This document shows positions 46,001-59,400 of a DNA stretch of 64,000 bases, one piece after another. Within the stretch, counting starts at the first letter, position 1. Every line of letters starts with the position of its first letter. The notes beneath the pieces were generated by a model. It saw only the letters and a list, made by a program, of their open reading frames with translations. It did not search any database and had not been told where the DNA came from. Position numbers and translations under genes: made by a program. Source of the stretch: Ylistrum balloti (lineage: Eukaryota); contig NW_026782116.1 in NCBI RefSeq assembly GCF_031769215.1, positions 310,001 through 374,000 on the forward strand, read 5' to 3'.

Positions 46001-49000
46001 AAATGAGTCTTGTAGTATGACAATATCACTCTCCGTCTCATTTAGCACAGCAAGAAGTTGTTAAGTGATTTACTGCGGATTCACTGAAGGAACAACAGAA
46101 TCTGTTGGACCATTTCCTTCCTGCAAACATGACCTAGAAAGATACTAACAATTTTTAGTTCAGATTCCCAACTAGTAACGACAAGGAGAACTATAGCCAA
46201 GAACCGAAAAGGAAAAAGGAGGAGTTGATAGAAGATCATAGGTCACACACATGACTCAGTTTATTAACACCACAATATATGTTTGCCCACATTTTGATTA
46301 CTTTAGGAGAATCTTACTTGAGTGTCCTGCAGAAGTCCCACAGTTATGGGCGAAACTGGTCGACGATACATAATAAACTACTAGTAATATTAACTTACTC
46401 CAAATTTGTTGCAATCTCATCCTACTTAACTTGATTTACTTGTGACTCATCAAATCATACTCATCTGATGGTGTAAAAGAACTTACAGAAGCTGATCATG
46501 AGATTTGTGCTGAACATGACTGATCTGTTGTAGGAAGCATTAGAAGTGAATATAGATCAGGTGTACCAGCCAGGATCTGTGCTAGACCTCCCCAAACGAC
46601 CTCCATGGAACTACTCTCTCAGCAAAGCCAAGTTGGAGGCCAGGGAACAGAATTACTTTCAAGTAAGTCAGAATTATTGTTATTTAATTGATGTCTATCA
46701 CTATTGTTCTAGAAATGATTTCTTGTTTAAAACTGTAAGCAACACTGACAATCAGTTAACACAACTCTTTTAACGTAAACAAGAAAGCAATTGTATTTTT
46801 AGCCAAAAAATTATTAGTAGTATGAATCTTGGAAAATTTCCAGTTATATCGTTCTATTTTTTAAGTAAGGTTTGAGTTTCAAATTTTCAGTAGGTTTATT
46901 GTTGATTTTATTTATTGTTTGTTTTTGAATTGGTGTTCTTATTAGGACTACACAGAGGCCATCTTTGAAAAATACTCTCCAGAACAGTTGAGCTACTTTG
47001 AGCTGAATCTAGAAACTTGGCGGCAGTTATGGCGAGTGTTGGAGATGTCAGACATTCTGCTCCTTATCCTGGACATCAGATATCCAGTATGTAATCCAAT
47101 ACTTCACCAACAGACTATGTTTTGATTAATGGGACAAATACAAACCTTAGTTTGTCGGATTACTTAATCAGGTTTGAGTACAAAAGAAAATCAGTTTGTA
47201 TTATTTGATGGTTTAGACACTTCCTATGTTACAATTGGTAAAACATATCTTGTGGAGACCTAGATACAGTGTATTCTCAGCTTGATTTGATAATATACCT
47301 TTTCTATATGAATATAAGAGGAACACATATCCTTCATGAATCTTGGAAAAATGTGATTTTTTGAAAAATTGAAGAATATTCTGGGATTTTGCTTCATTTT
47401 GAGAAAATAATACAATTTTTGGCTTTGGCATCTTTAGAGTTTTTGCACATAAAACAGGGCAAAAGAATCGTTGATGTATAGGTACAAAGGGAGCATGTTT
47501 GTCAGCCCTGAGGATGAAGTGGAAAGAGAATACATGTAGCTCTAGCCTCAGGTCTGATAAAAACATTATATTATCATATTATCAGAAATAAACATTTGAT
47601 TGCAGGTTCTACACATGTCACCAGCATTATACCATACAGTGACCCATGACCTCGGCAAGTCAATCATCATCATCCTAAATAAGGTTGACCTGGCCCCACC
47701 TCCTCTGGTTATTGCATGGAAGAATTTCCTGCAGGAAAAATATGAAAAAGTTCACATTGTCTTGTTTACTTCATATCCAAATGAGGCTCTGGCAGAGGGA
47801 GGTAATGAGACTAAAGGTAAATGTTAAATACTGTGATGATTTTCTTATACCTTCGCAATAAAACGTCAAGGGTATATAGGAATAACCCTCATACTTATGT
47901 ATGTCGGTATAAAACAACATCGTTGTTCTACTTCGCTGCATTTCTCATCAAAATGTCATGAAACTCCACACAGATGATCACAAACATCACTTCTTGTGCA
48001 AGTTAAACTTTCAACTCTTGTGTGGTTACTGTTACTATAAATCATACATGATCACAAACATCACTTCTGGTATGAATTAGGCTTCCAACTTGGTGTGGTC
48101 AAAAACTAGGTCAATATTACTATAAATAGAAATCAACTAATTTTCACTCTACAGGCTGCATTTCCATTTCTGAAATGATTGGTATGAAACTCCACACACA
48201 TGATTACAATCATCACTTCTTGTGTAAGTTTGACTTCCAGCCCTGTGCAGTCAAAAACTAGGTTGCTGTTACTATCAGTAGATATGAACAAAACTTTTTA
48301 TGTCACCACTCAACAGGCTGCATTTCTAAACTGATTAGTACAAATCTCTAAACGCATGATCACCAACATCTCTTCTTATTCCAGCTTGACTTCCAAACTT
48401 GTGCAGTCAAATACCAAGTCAGTGTTACTATAAATGGTAACTTACAAAATATTCATGTCATTGCTCGAAAGTCTCCATTGTATGAGTTTAAGTTTTGAAT
48501 CTTGGTGGTTAACAAATCGATGTCAACTTTATTCCGAATAGAAATTGGCTGAAACTTGAATCACTGCTCACAAAATTCTCTGACATCATTTACAACTATA
48601 GATAGAAAAAAACAAAACAAAACAGTTGCCTAAGTGAATGACTTGTTCAAATACTTTGGTGTTTTTAAGATGCTGTGCCATCACCCAGATCACCTGTTAG
48701 CTTGGTAGTCTATTTATAGCTTGGACCGAGTCCACAACACCACAAAAAGCCCAACAATGCCCATATACCTTTGTCTCTGTCTGTAAATTGAGTATACTCT
48801 ATATATTCTTGTGATAATATCAACTTGTTTCAGTTTAAACAAAACCTATTGTGCAGACGTTGTTGATTGCATCTTGAAAATGAAGGTGTACTTGTTTTAT
48901 ACTTTGACTAAAAAATGAATATGTTTATAGATCTTCTTGGATTCTTATGCAGTAGTTAAAACATACAGATGTCATAAAGACACAGCTTCTAGCTGTTGGG

Positions 49001-52000
49001 GTTAGAATTAGGCCTATAGCTTGTATAGCTTCTTCTTTCTGGTTGTCACCTCCACCTTTACTTGTGATTCTGGTGAGACTAAAGTGACACTTTGGTCACT
49101 AGCCAGACACTCTACCACTAGACTAAAGAGAAATCCCCTCTAGCTACAGCTAGAAAAGTGACCATGTCTGCTCTCAACTTCTAGTATCAGTAGGACTTGT
49201 CATTAAAACATACACTTTGTATTTGAGACCCAATAATGTGCAGTTCTCGAACAAGCTATCAACTGATGAATTAAGTGTAAGATAATTTAAAAGAACAAAA
49301 AAAACAGTTAATTGGATATACAAACTAGTAATTGATTGGTTACTAGCCAGTTATAATACTTGATCATCCATGTTGAAGTATCAACCCATCTCCATGAACA
49401 CAAGAAAATATTCAAACCCGCAGTGGCCTATAACCATGCACTACACTGCAAAAGGTGCAGATTTGAGAGTCACACTTGACTGGACATAATCAATTATTAC
49501 CTCTCCAATCGTACTCATCCACCATAATGATCATATGAAGATCTTATCATGACTAAATGTCTTGAACCTTCATGTAATATATATATATTATCAATGTGAC
49601 CAATCAAGATTACATGCCATTTCATATCGATATATCAATTCCTTTACTCATTTACATATTACACAGCATCTATGAGTGTCCTTGACACTTTGATTGTGTT
49701 GATTTATTGTAGCTAAGATGAGACGAAAGCGTGGAGGTGGGGCATGGACCAGGGCCATGGGACAGGGTCAGCTGCTCAGTGTCTGCCAGGATATTGTTGG
49801 TGACAAAGGTCAGTTAGTCTAAATGGATGTTGTGGTAATATTAATGTTCTAGTTTTAATTTTCTTCTGTCTTTACTAATTGCTGTTCCATTATTTTTTAA
49901 TGATATAGGAGGAAAGGATGACTTTTTTCAGAAAAATTAAAAATGAGATACATTTGTACAGTGTAACCTTGTTGTTATCGTGGCTTTATAACTTCACTCA
50001 GCAACAGTAAAATATGGACTTTCAGATAAGGTGATAAGTAATAATGTAATTCTTAAGGCTTTATATATATATATTGAGAAGAAATGCGCTGTCAATTCAC
50101 TACTTATTATATAAAATGTGTCTTATGAATATGTCATATATGTAATTGTTGTTATTACCAAAACAGGTACATATTTACATTGTGCATTAAACAAACATTG
50201 ATTACACAAAAATTCACATTACTTGAAAACTTGTACCCAAAATTTCATTTAACGTTAGGTGACAGTATACTGAGGTTATACTGTCCATAAAATTAATTGA
50301 TGAAATCTGAAATATCCAATCTCTGGTACATTTCTAAAATAATCCATTACTTCAAAGTTTCTGAACATCCTATCACCAATAAAAAATTATGTTTTAGGCT
50401 ATTCCATCACTTACGCAGTTAAAAAGAATTCAAAAGTACAGCCCTATTCAATCATTTAATTCAGAATTTTGCAGATAAATATTTTTCTCTGTTCACATTT
50501 GCCAGTTAATCTAATAGTTTGACTATCAGCCATCGTTCCTTAATATTATGAAAAGTGCATTTAATGAAATATTGAAAATATTTCTTTCAAATGTGGCATG
50601 CTAAAGCCAGGTTGGAATATGTTGTTGTGAGGAATTATCCTGATCTGACTATATCTGTGGATTCTTTTGTGATGATTGACAGTTGATCTGCGTAGCTGGC
50701 AAGACAAAATGGTTTCAGTCTCTAGTACTGTTAAAGAGGAAGAGGAAATAGCCGATTCATCAGTGGTTGGGGGAGAGGATGATGATGGCCTCTATAAACA
50801 AGGGGACACAACTCTGTTCCAAAATGGAGTTCTTACTATTGGATGTGTTGGTGAGAATGAAACTTACAGTGATTGCCGATGTTAAAACATTATTTGATAT
50901 TAGCTCATGAATGTTGGAAATCTTTAAAATGCAGAGAGCAAATTAATCACATTCATTTTACACTCTACAAAGAAGTTTTGGGAGTAAATCCTGGTATCAC
51001 TCTTGGTTCCATATGTCTTGCCTGCATAATTACCTGTAATGTAATTGAAATGAGGAATTCCATAACAGTACCAGCCTTGAGAATATTTACTCTCATGGGA
51101 ACTAGAATGGATGAGAAAGACTGGTCAAAATTAGCCATCACCTTTTTCCTATGGCCATTTGCTCTGCCCTCAAGTGACTGAATGTAGGCCCCTGAGTTGT
51201 TGAAATGTACAGGATTAACACCTGTACTGCAGGACTCTAATCCCCAAGATGACAGTTTTAGATAATTTGTGAAACTATGACTAAACGTTGTCTATAATTT
51301 CAGGTTACCCTAATGTTGGGAAATCATCTTTATTGAATGGACTAGTTGGTAAAAAGGTGAGTATCATCATTTATTTATGAGAATGTTTTAATGATATTCT
51401 ATAATGTCTTCATTTTGTGATACTTTCAATTATCTGAATAAAACTTAGAGAAAATGATTGGAAGCAGTTGACTAAACTAGACATTCAGTGTTTGTGATAT
51501 TTTAGGGTTTTTTTTGTTTGTTTGTTTGTGGTTTTTTGTTTTTTTTATTAGAAATGTATCATATAGCTATGATTAATTTAGTTAGTGGTTTCTCTTCAGG
51601 TGGTCAGTGTGTCAAGAACCCCTGGCCATACCAAACATTTCCAGACTATTTTTCTAACCCGAACAGTGAAGCTGTGTGACTGTCCAGGTCTGGTGTTTCC
51701 ATCACTCATTGACAAATCATTACAGGTAAAGTGTATAGGCTCTAATTCACCATATCTCCTTGTATCAATTTATAATTCGACAACTTTTGAGTGTTGAAGA
51801 AACAGCTGCAATTTGTGTAGCTATATAATTTGTGCAGGTCCTTTTTGCTTAAAAATAACCTTCTATCGGTATATTTTGTGCTTAACATTTTTGTCAATAT
51901 TTTACCTAGAAGTCTCAGAAAATTTTCAACAACTGCAGTTGTGCTTTGTTGCAAACAAAAAATGAATGATCAAATAAGTCGGATTACAATAATGGCAATA

Positions 52001-53143
52001 CACAATTTTAATAGCCCAGAAAAAGGCATTTTCATGGTAAGAATATTTTGATGGTAATATCAGTTTCAAATACATGGATTTTCCTGACACATTTTAGTTC
52101 TTATGTTTAGATATTGGCTGGTATATACCCCATTGCACAAGTGCGTGAGCCATACTCGCCTGTAGGTTTCCTGGCAGAGAGAATAGATGTTGTGAAACAA
52201 CTCTGCCTAAAACATCCACACTACGAAGGGAATAAAGCTCAGTCCCAGATAGAATGGAGTGCATATGATATATGTCAAGGTGAGTGAGAAGAGGAATGTG
52301 TGAATTACTCTCTCATTACTGAATGTAGATAAGTACAGCTGGTAAAGCATCAATGTAAATAGTGAAATAGTGAAGGATGATTATAGTAAAGAATCATCAA
52401 GGTCATCCATAGCTTGCTATTGCTTTAGTATAATCTGCTCAATTTGTGGCAAAAAAATATCAACACACACGTTTTATTTTTTTAATTTCTAGCCTGGGCT
52501 GAGAAACGAGGATTTATTACCGCCAAGTCAGGCAGACCTGATCTTTACAGAGCAGCCAATAATTTGCTGAGGATGGGTCTGGATGGTCGTCTTTGCCTGT
52601 GTCTGAGACCCCTTGGGTATGCTGAAAATAAAGGTATGTACCTCAGGTTTATATAATACACTGACAGTAAAGATATATACTTTAGATATCCAAGGAACAC
52701 AAATAATAATGGTGTGAACCTAAAATACAGAATGTGCAGTGCGACACAGTGCCACTAATTATACCTGTCAGGATTAAGATGTTAGGATTTAATACTACAA
52801 ATTATGAATCAGGAAATGTGTGCTTAATATGTTTGAAGAAGATATTCCAAGATGTTTTAGAAGATTTCAAAGTTGTGTCATTGTTTTTTATTTTTCAGGG
52901 CAGTGGGATCAGCATCCAGAAACACTAAAGCTGATCAGTGACCTGGAGTTTTACAGAGTCAATGATGATGTGTCTGATGGAGAGGATGAGTCTAGCGATG
53001 ATGAATTGGGGCATCTAGTTCTAGAACAGGACTCCGATGATGATGATGAAGGAGGAAGTGAGGAAGAAGAAGAGGAAAATAAAGATGAATCTAAATATGT
53101 GTCCAATAATCCTTTTGCACTCTTAGACAGTGATGATGACTGA
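40093..53143 (+). CDS. GNL1: Guanine nucleotide-binding protein-like 1 (HSR1; circularly permuted YlqF/YawG GTPase), ~588 aa
   Basis: 13 exons: 40093-40168, 42366-42489, 45390-45477, 46534-46662, 46946-47086, 47606-47816, 49713-49808, 50683-50850, 51304-51356, 51600-51725, 52111-52279, 52493-52633, 52899-53143. Starts MPRKKPFSSKQKKFQLQDKR. Motifs appear in permuted order: G4 NKVD, G1 GYPNVGKS, G2 SRTPGHTK, G3 DCPG. Acidic tail ends NNPFALLDSDDD*. Confidence 0.97.
42545..42920 (+). repeat. Second copy of the ~150-bp satellite-like family (GNL1 intron 2)
   Basis: gagcaaattctttaaaatcct..., gcatccttgggtgaaaggaatc...tgtataaacagttggtctgacccc show the same motifs as 26320-27010. Confidence 0.7.
43981..45040. 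repeat. 58-bp minisatellite, ~18 copies (GNL1 intron 2)
   Basis: Unit gtgtagactagtacacttagcacaatgatataaagcactaatattgttacccagatag; the period is measured between 44488 and 44546. Confidence 0.97.
47845..48600. mobile_element. MITE/Helentron-like element with degenerate internal repeats (GNL1 intron 6)
   Basis: Begins with a short inverted repeat tatacc...ggtata. Internal blocks recur 3-4 times: catgatcacaaacatcacttct..gtcaaaaactagg..gttactata..ggctgcattt. Confidence 0.55.
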
Positions 53144-54437
53144 AGTTCTTCACAGTTCTTACAGGTCTTATATTGTCACTGACTAAATATTTTGGTAGCA
53201 AATTAAACTAGCCCTGAGGGTCAGTGTATACTACCTGCAGTGAGATAATGATCATGAAACAGTCTTAGATTTCATTCAAAATCTAACTTATCCATAAAAT
53301 ATAAATTCATGGAAATCAGGTAAACGTTTTGCAATGCTGTAGATGGAAAAAAAATGTAAGTGATAAAAATTGAATGATTTCGATAGGATTTAAAAAGAAA
53401 AAAAAAAAAAAACACCCTCTAAATTTTTACAAAGAAACACCATACAGTTGAATTTATAGCTGGCTGTCTGTTTTTGCGGATTGGTCACCTAAGACAAAGT
53501 TTCAAGTGACCATTTGCTTTTGCATTTCCCTCATAGGGCGTTGTACATCATCAGTTATAGGTCGATAACAATCATAATTTTTTAATTCTTCTGAAAGACC
53601 CCTAAATTTTGTGCAGAAACCTTTACAGGTTAAAGGTGAACCAAAATGATGAATTCTAATGATAGCATTTGACTTACATTAAAAACATTGTCTGAGCCTT
53701 GTCTTCTGTATAACTAATCATAGAAATTTAATACTTGGGATAAAGGTTAACAATGGTGAGCCTTTGTATAGGTAGGGGACTGTGATTAGTTGAATGACCT
53801 ATTTTATAATATATCCGTAGATCTGGTTTAGCTTTAAGTATGAACTTTATTTTCAAGACTATGACACCTTTGCAGAATTGAATAAAAATTAAATATACTT
53901 TATGCACTATGCAAAATATTCACAATTTTGTACATTGCTTTATGCATTTAACTTAGCTGCAGGTGTGTTATGTACAGAGATTATGTGTCATGCCTATTGC
54001 ATGGGAAGGTGGGTGAAGGAAGTTTTAAGTTTTATACTACAATCTAAATGTTTATGTAATTTTACAGTTAGTAATATCAATCCAGCAATTGGAGTGAAAT
54101 TCATCAGTTTGGTATTATGAATGTGCCTTGAAATGAATGATGTTTGATCCAATTTTGTTTCAATAAGATCGACCATCACCACAACTTCATATGAAAGAGA
54201 GACTGAAATATTGCCAATAGTATACAATGTAAGATTTTAGCTTTATAAGCTGTACAGATTTCAAGAATGTCCCATTAGCAGAATTTGTTACATGTAACAT
54301 GTTATTTAAGTAAATGTGAATGTTGAATTTCCTGTTTAAAATATTGAAATAAATAATGGTTTGATCAACATAACCTATAATATGTAGTATTACATACTTG
54401 TGTTTCAGTTGGACTCTTAATCTTTGCATAAATCATG

Positions 54438-54593
54438 TTTATTATTGAAATAAATCTTATGATATAGATAATACTAGTTGTTTTTGTTATTTATTATTGA
54501 AATAAATCTTATGATATAGATAATACTAGTTGTTTTTGTTATTTATTATTGAAATAAATCTTATGATATAGATAATACTAGTTGTTTTTGTTA
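54438..54593. repeat. 52-bp tandem repeat x3
   Basis: tttattattgaaataaatcttatgatatagataatactagttgtttttgtta starts at 54438, 54490 and 54542. Confidence 0.95.
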
Positions 54594-54599
54594 TTCATA

Positions 54600-55095
54600 A
54601 CATAACCAAAGGGCCATGTGAGCTTATGGCATACAAATCGCTATTAGTCATAAACATAAACTATCAGGATTTTAACCAAATTTGGTCAGAAACATCCCAA
54701 GGGGAAGAGGGAACAAATTTGTAAAATGATGGGTTCTTGGTCCCCATGGGCCGGAGGGGCAGGGCCCAAAAGGGGAAATTATGAAATCCTTTTTTTCCCT
54801 ATAGGAATGATTGGATTGTGTCCAAATTTAGTCAGATGCATTGTTGGATGAAGGAAAATCAATTTGTATGAATAGTGGGTCTCGAGGTCCCCTAAGGCAA
54901 TAGGGCTCTGTAAGGGATATTAGAGCAAATTATTTAAAATTCTCCCCCTCCTGTGAGAATGATTTGATCTTGCCTAAATTTAGTATGAAGCATTGTTGAG
55001 TGAAGGGAAATCAATTTTGTATTAACAGTAGGTCATGGCCTCCCGGAGCAGTAGGGCTGAGTCCAATGGTGGTAGCAGAGCAAATGTTAAAATCA
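54600..55095 (+). mobile_element. Helentron/HINE-like element: leader plus ~3 units of the ~150-bp family
   Basis: Leader aaagggccatgtgagctta..aaatcgctattagtcat, then units aaccaaatttggtcagaaacatccc..ggggcagggcccaaaaggggaaatt related to the arrays at 26.3 kb and 42.5 kb. Confidence 0.65.
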
Positions 55096-56486
55096 ACTAT
55101 TTATTCTTGCTCTAATAAGGCCATTGCTTTTTATTTGAAGTCATCTGTCAACTGATCATGTACATATCTTTTTGTGTGTCTTTGAACTTTAAAAAAATTG
55201 AGTCAATATTTAACTGAAACTGCAGAAATTTCTACAGCTTCTTGTCACAAACCATCATTTCCATGTGCACTTATACACCCTTCCGAAACTTTGTTCAAAA
55301 TTTGCTTTTAAAATATTGTGTGAAATGCAATTTGTGGGAGCTGGTTAAACTGATATCAAACCCTTTTAATGATTTCCATTATATTAAGAATTAAGATAAG
55401 AATCTCTTTGACACCGACACCCCCACTTCAATTAACGTGGTATATATAATTATAGTTTTTTTTCCAAGAGGCCTAATTTATGGTACATACTTATGTAACA
55501 GATACTAGTGAAAGGTCTTTTTAGTACCTTTACTTAACTAATATTAATGTATTTATATGTTTTGTAATTATCGTTTATTCTATTTTTTCTCGTCGAGATA
55601 TTCGTTTTTTCTGTGAAAATTGTTCAAAATTGCTTTAGAAATTCCGGATTTTAGATCCGTATACGGTTTCTGTACTGTAAAAACAAATATGGCAGCCTCC
55701 ATGATGTTATGCGTGAGTGTAATGTTTACGAAAGTATATGGTCATTGCTGAGCTTTGATTATTGTTTATAATCACTTATGATTTTGTGGAAAACTATCTG
55801 TCTTTGATCGTTACAAATTATGACCCAATACGTTGTACCAAAGGTGCACACTTGTACCAGATGATGCACGGACCAGTTTAGCAGCTGTTCTTTGCACCCG
55901 CTGATCCCTTCAATATGGAATTCAATAATGTTGATATTGGAGTACCGTAACAAGGATCCGGTAGTATACCACGTGCCTACTCCAAAGATGTTGAGTAGTT
56001 CAACACGGCGAGAAACGTTCGACATGCGCCGTATGTCGGATCTCTCTCCTTCAGATACGTATAGGAGTAACCACTTGCCCTGCACGGTGTCTCACCTTGT
56101 TATGTTAATCTTTCGGCTTTATATTTTGTGTACTACTATTCAAAGTTTCATGTGTTACGGTATATCAAAGTAGTAATATTGTCTGTAAAGAGAGAATATG
56201 TTTGAGTTTCAATTCTTCCTCTCAGTGCCATGGATATTTCCAACCTGTTGAAACAGCTTGAATTTCCCCAGCCCCACATCTGTTGTAAATACATCTGTAT
56301 ACCATATTTTACATGATAATCTGATGTTTATGCAACTTTGGCATTATTTACAAATATATGACAGGGCACTTAGCAGTAATGATGTTTCAAGATTATTGTT
56401 TGGGTTGTTTTATTGTTTCATTCAGTTATCTTAATATTAATTCATATTTCAGGAAGAACATTAATTACTCTCCAGAAATAGAAATC

Positions 56487-59400
56487 ATGGACACTGAAGA
56501 TAAATTACAGAAACAAATTCTAAAGCGATTGGAACAAATAAGTAAGTATTTGAAATGGGATCAGGTAAAATATGTGAAATTTTTATTCATGTACTTCTTG
56601 AAAAAGGATGGTTTAGCACTTTATAGTGGAAAGAAGTATATTGTGAAAGGAGAGAATACAGGTTACCCTAGAGCTACTAATCTCTAGTAGAGAGGGAGAC
56701 TTTCCCTTTTGTCAAATGGTAGAATATCCACCTTGAGAGTGACAGGTCATTAGTTGAAGCCTTCCGGTGCAGAACATGTTTGTCATTACTAATTTCTTTT
56801 ACATTACTTGTTCCATTCATGTTGGATTAGCTGTCGCTATTTCAAAACCAGACTTATGTAGTTACATCAACATTAATAACCACCACTTGTTCAAAGTATC
56901 TGAAAGCGATCAGCATACATACAAAAATCAAAGTGTTTGATAATTTTATAATAGACTAAATATATCATTGAGTATTTTGAATTCACCACAGATTATACGT
57001 GTTACATGACGATAGTTACTATCATTTTGATAAAACATCTGAGCATCTGGTCATGGATCAGTTTTTCTCCGGAACTCTTGCTTCCTGCCACCACTCAAAC
57101 CCCAGGCTGTTAATCAACAGTAAACCATACTAAACTAAGAAAACATTAAGAAGATTATTTACTTGAATAACATCAAGTGAGTGATTGAAGCAGTATCAAT
57201 CGAAACCTTGAAGCTAGTCCAAATTATTCTGACTGTCCCTCCATGGTCTCGTTTTTTATTATTTTGTTTTACACAAAAGACAAAATATGAAATTTACAGA
57301 TAGATTGTCAGTACACTTCAAACTAACTGCAAGTTGACAATGTTGATATTTTGAGAATGTTATCCATTTTATATTTTTATCTTACACAGATGAACAATTC
57401 CTCGACAATGATGATTACGAAAGACGTGTGAAAAAGGCAAGATTTGGAAAAAGGAAATCAGAATCCAGTCAGTGTGACACAGATGATACAGGGACACATA
57501 AAACACAAAGCAGAAGACAGAAGAAGAAACAACGGAAATGTGAACAGAAGAAAAGTTTGGACAGTATGACTGTAGAAATCAGTCAACCACATACTGTAAA
57601 AGGAGAAAAGAGACATCTCCAGGACTTAAAGAAATCTCTGGGTTTGACAGGGAGTGACGTTAAATCAAAAGTTTGTGATCAAGAAATAGAGCAGATTTCC
57701 AAAAAACCAAAACATCAGGGTCCTGAGGTAGTTGTATTTCACAAGCCTGGAAAAAAGAAACAAATGGAAGAGGTAAAAAAGTTTTCATTGTGATTTATTT
57801 GAAGTTTAATTTTAAAGTAAAATTAAACTAGACCTGTAATCCAATGACTGACTAATAACCCCAGTTTTATAGTACACCTTATGTGTCGTAAAAATAAAAC
57901 TGATATATTAATTAGTTTACAAGAACTTGTTTGCATGCACATCTACACTTGGTCCCCAACATTCCTGTGTAGTTACATTGAAATTGATCCAGTAGTTTAG
58001 GAGGAGTTATCCAGACAAATATTTTCTACAGACAGACAAGCTGATCTCTTTTTTTTTTTTATCTATATTTTTTTTAGAGGTGGGAGGGGAGAGGCGACTG
58101 TGATAAAGATACAAACATTGTACAGATATTTACAGCACTTTTCCGTAGACAGTATCAAACTATGCAATATTAATATAAGTTTATTGAAATGTTTTTAAAT
58201 TCTGATATTATTTTCAAGTTACTTAATTACTTAAGTACTTAACTTGCAGAATATTTGTTTTAATTTGTTCTTTTAACAAGATCCTCTTTCATGGATTTTA
58301 TATTGTTGAACTGAATAAGATGATATTTTGTGTTTGTTTTTATTGTTGTGAAAGAGAGCACAGGAGTCCAGTTCTGAAAAAAGCAACAATGTAGCTGAGG
58401 ATCAACCAGAGTTTGATATGAAGAAAGCGAGATTTGAAGTTCAGAAAGTCGGCATTAAAGGGTTCAGTGGCAATGAGAAAGATGAAGCAATGACGTCATT
58501 TCTGGTCAAGTTGGGAGCCAAGGTAACTTGCACATAAGAATGGAATGTTTGGAATTTGTACAATGTAAAAGACTTAACTTATAGAATTTAAAATTGCACA
58601 ATTGGTACTAGTTATTCCATTGATATTAACTAATAATTACATGTATGTACTGGAGCTATGATACCTGAAAACAATAAATATCTACATGTATTACCTGGTA
58701 CATGGACAATGTATATGTGAAAACCAAATTATCTAAAAACTACAGGCTTTTGTATCAAACACTTCTAATTTATACTTATCCCAAGGTTGTACTTAGTAAT
58801 AAGGGTACTAGATATATATAAGCTTTGCTGTGGACTCATCATCGGTAAATTGTTCTCCATGGCAACATGTTTAGGCTGGCTTGTGTTCTGCTGTGTATAT
58901 ATCTCAATGTATTGTTGAATAAATATTTTTCTGTTGTCCTCAGCTTCCCAAAAACAAATGCTATAAATACAAAGAATTCCTAGAGATGAGGAAACAAGAA
59001 AAGGAGTCGGTTAAACAGAAGAAAATTGTGGTAAGGGCGATTTCATGAAGCTGCTAACTATCACAAACTTGTGTTTTGTAGTAAACAAATCTATATTTTC
59101 ATAGAACTTTTTAAAATAGATATTGTAGATGTACTGATCATATTGAATCCATTTTTCATGTTTAAAAGTATGACAGTAACTCTGGAGGTATTTCATTTGT
59201 AATTATTTTATAGTAGATGTTATGGTGATAGAATAGAAGTAGATGTTAACTTCATTTTCAAATGAATTACTTTCCTTATGTAACAGGACCGAGGACTTGG
59301 GTACAAGGTGACGAGCTCTAAAAATACAAAGAAGAAGTAAGTTATTGTTTGGTTGTGTGTTTACCTATATTTACCAGCTTTAGCACATCCAGGAAATTCT

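Noticed and set aside
47213-47566. 117-aa minus-strand ORF in GNL1 intron 5
   Set aside because: Phe/Lys/Leu-rich composition typical of AT-rich non-coding DNA; no motif and no clear exon boundaries.
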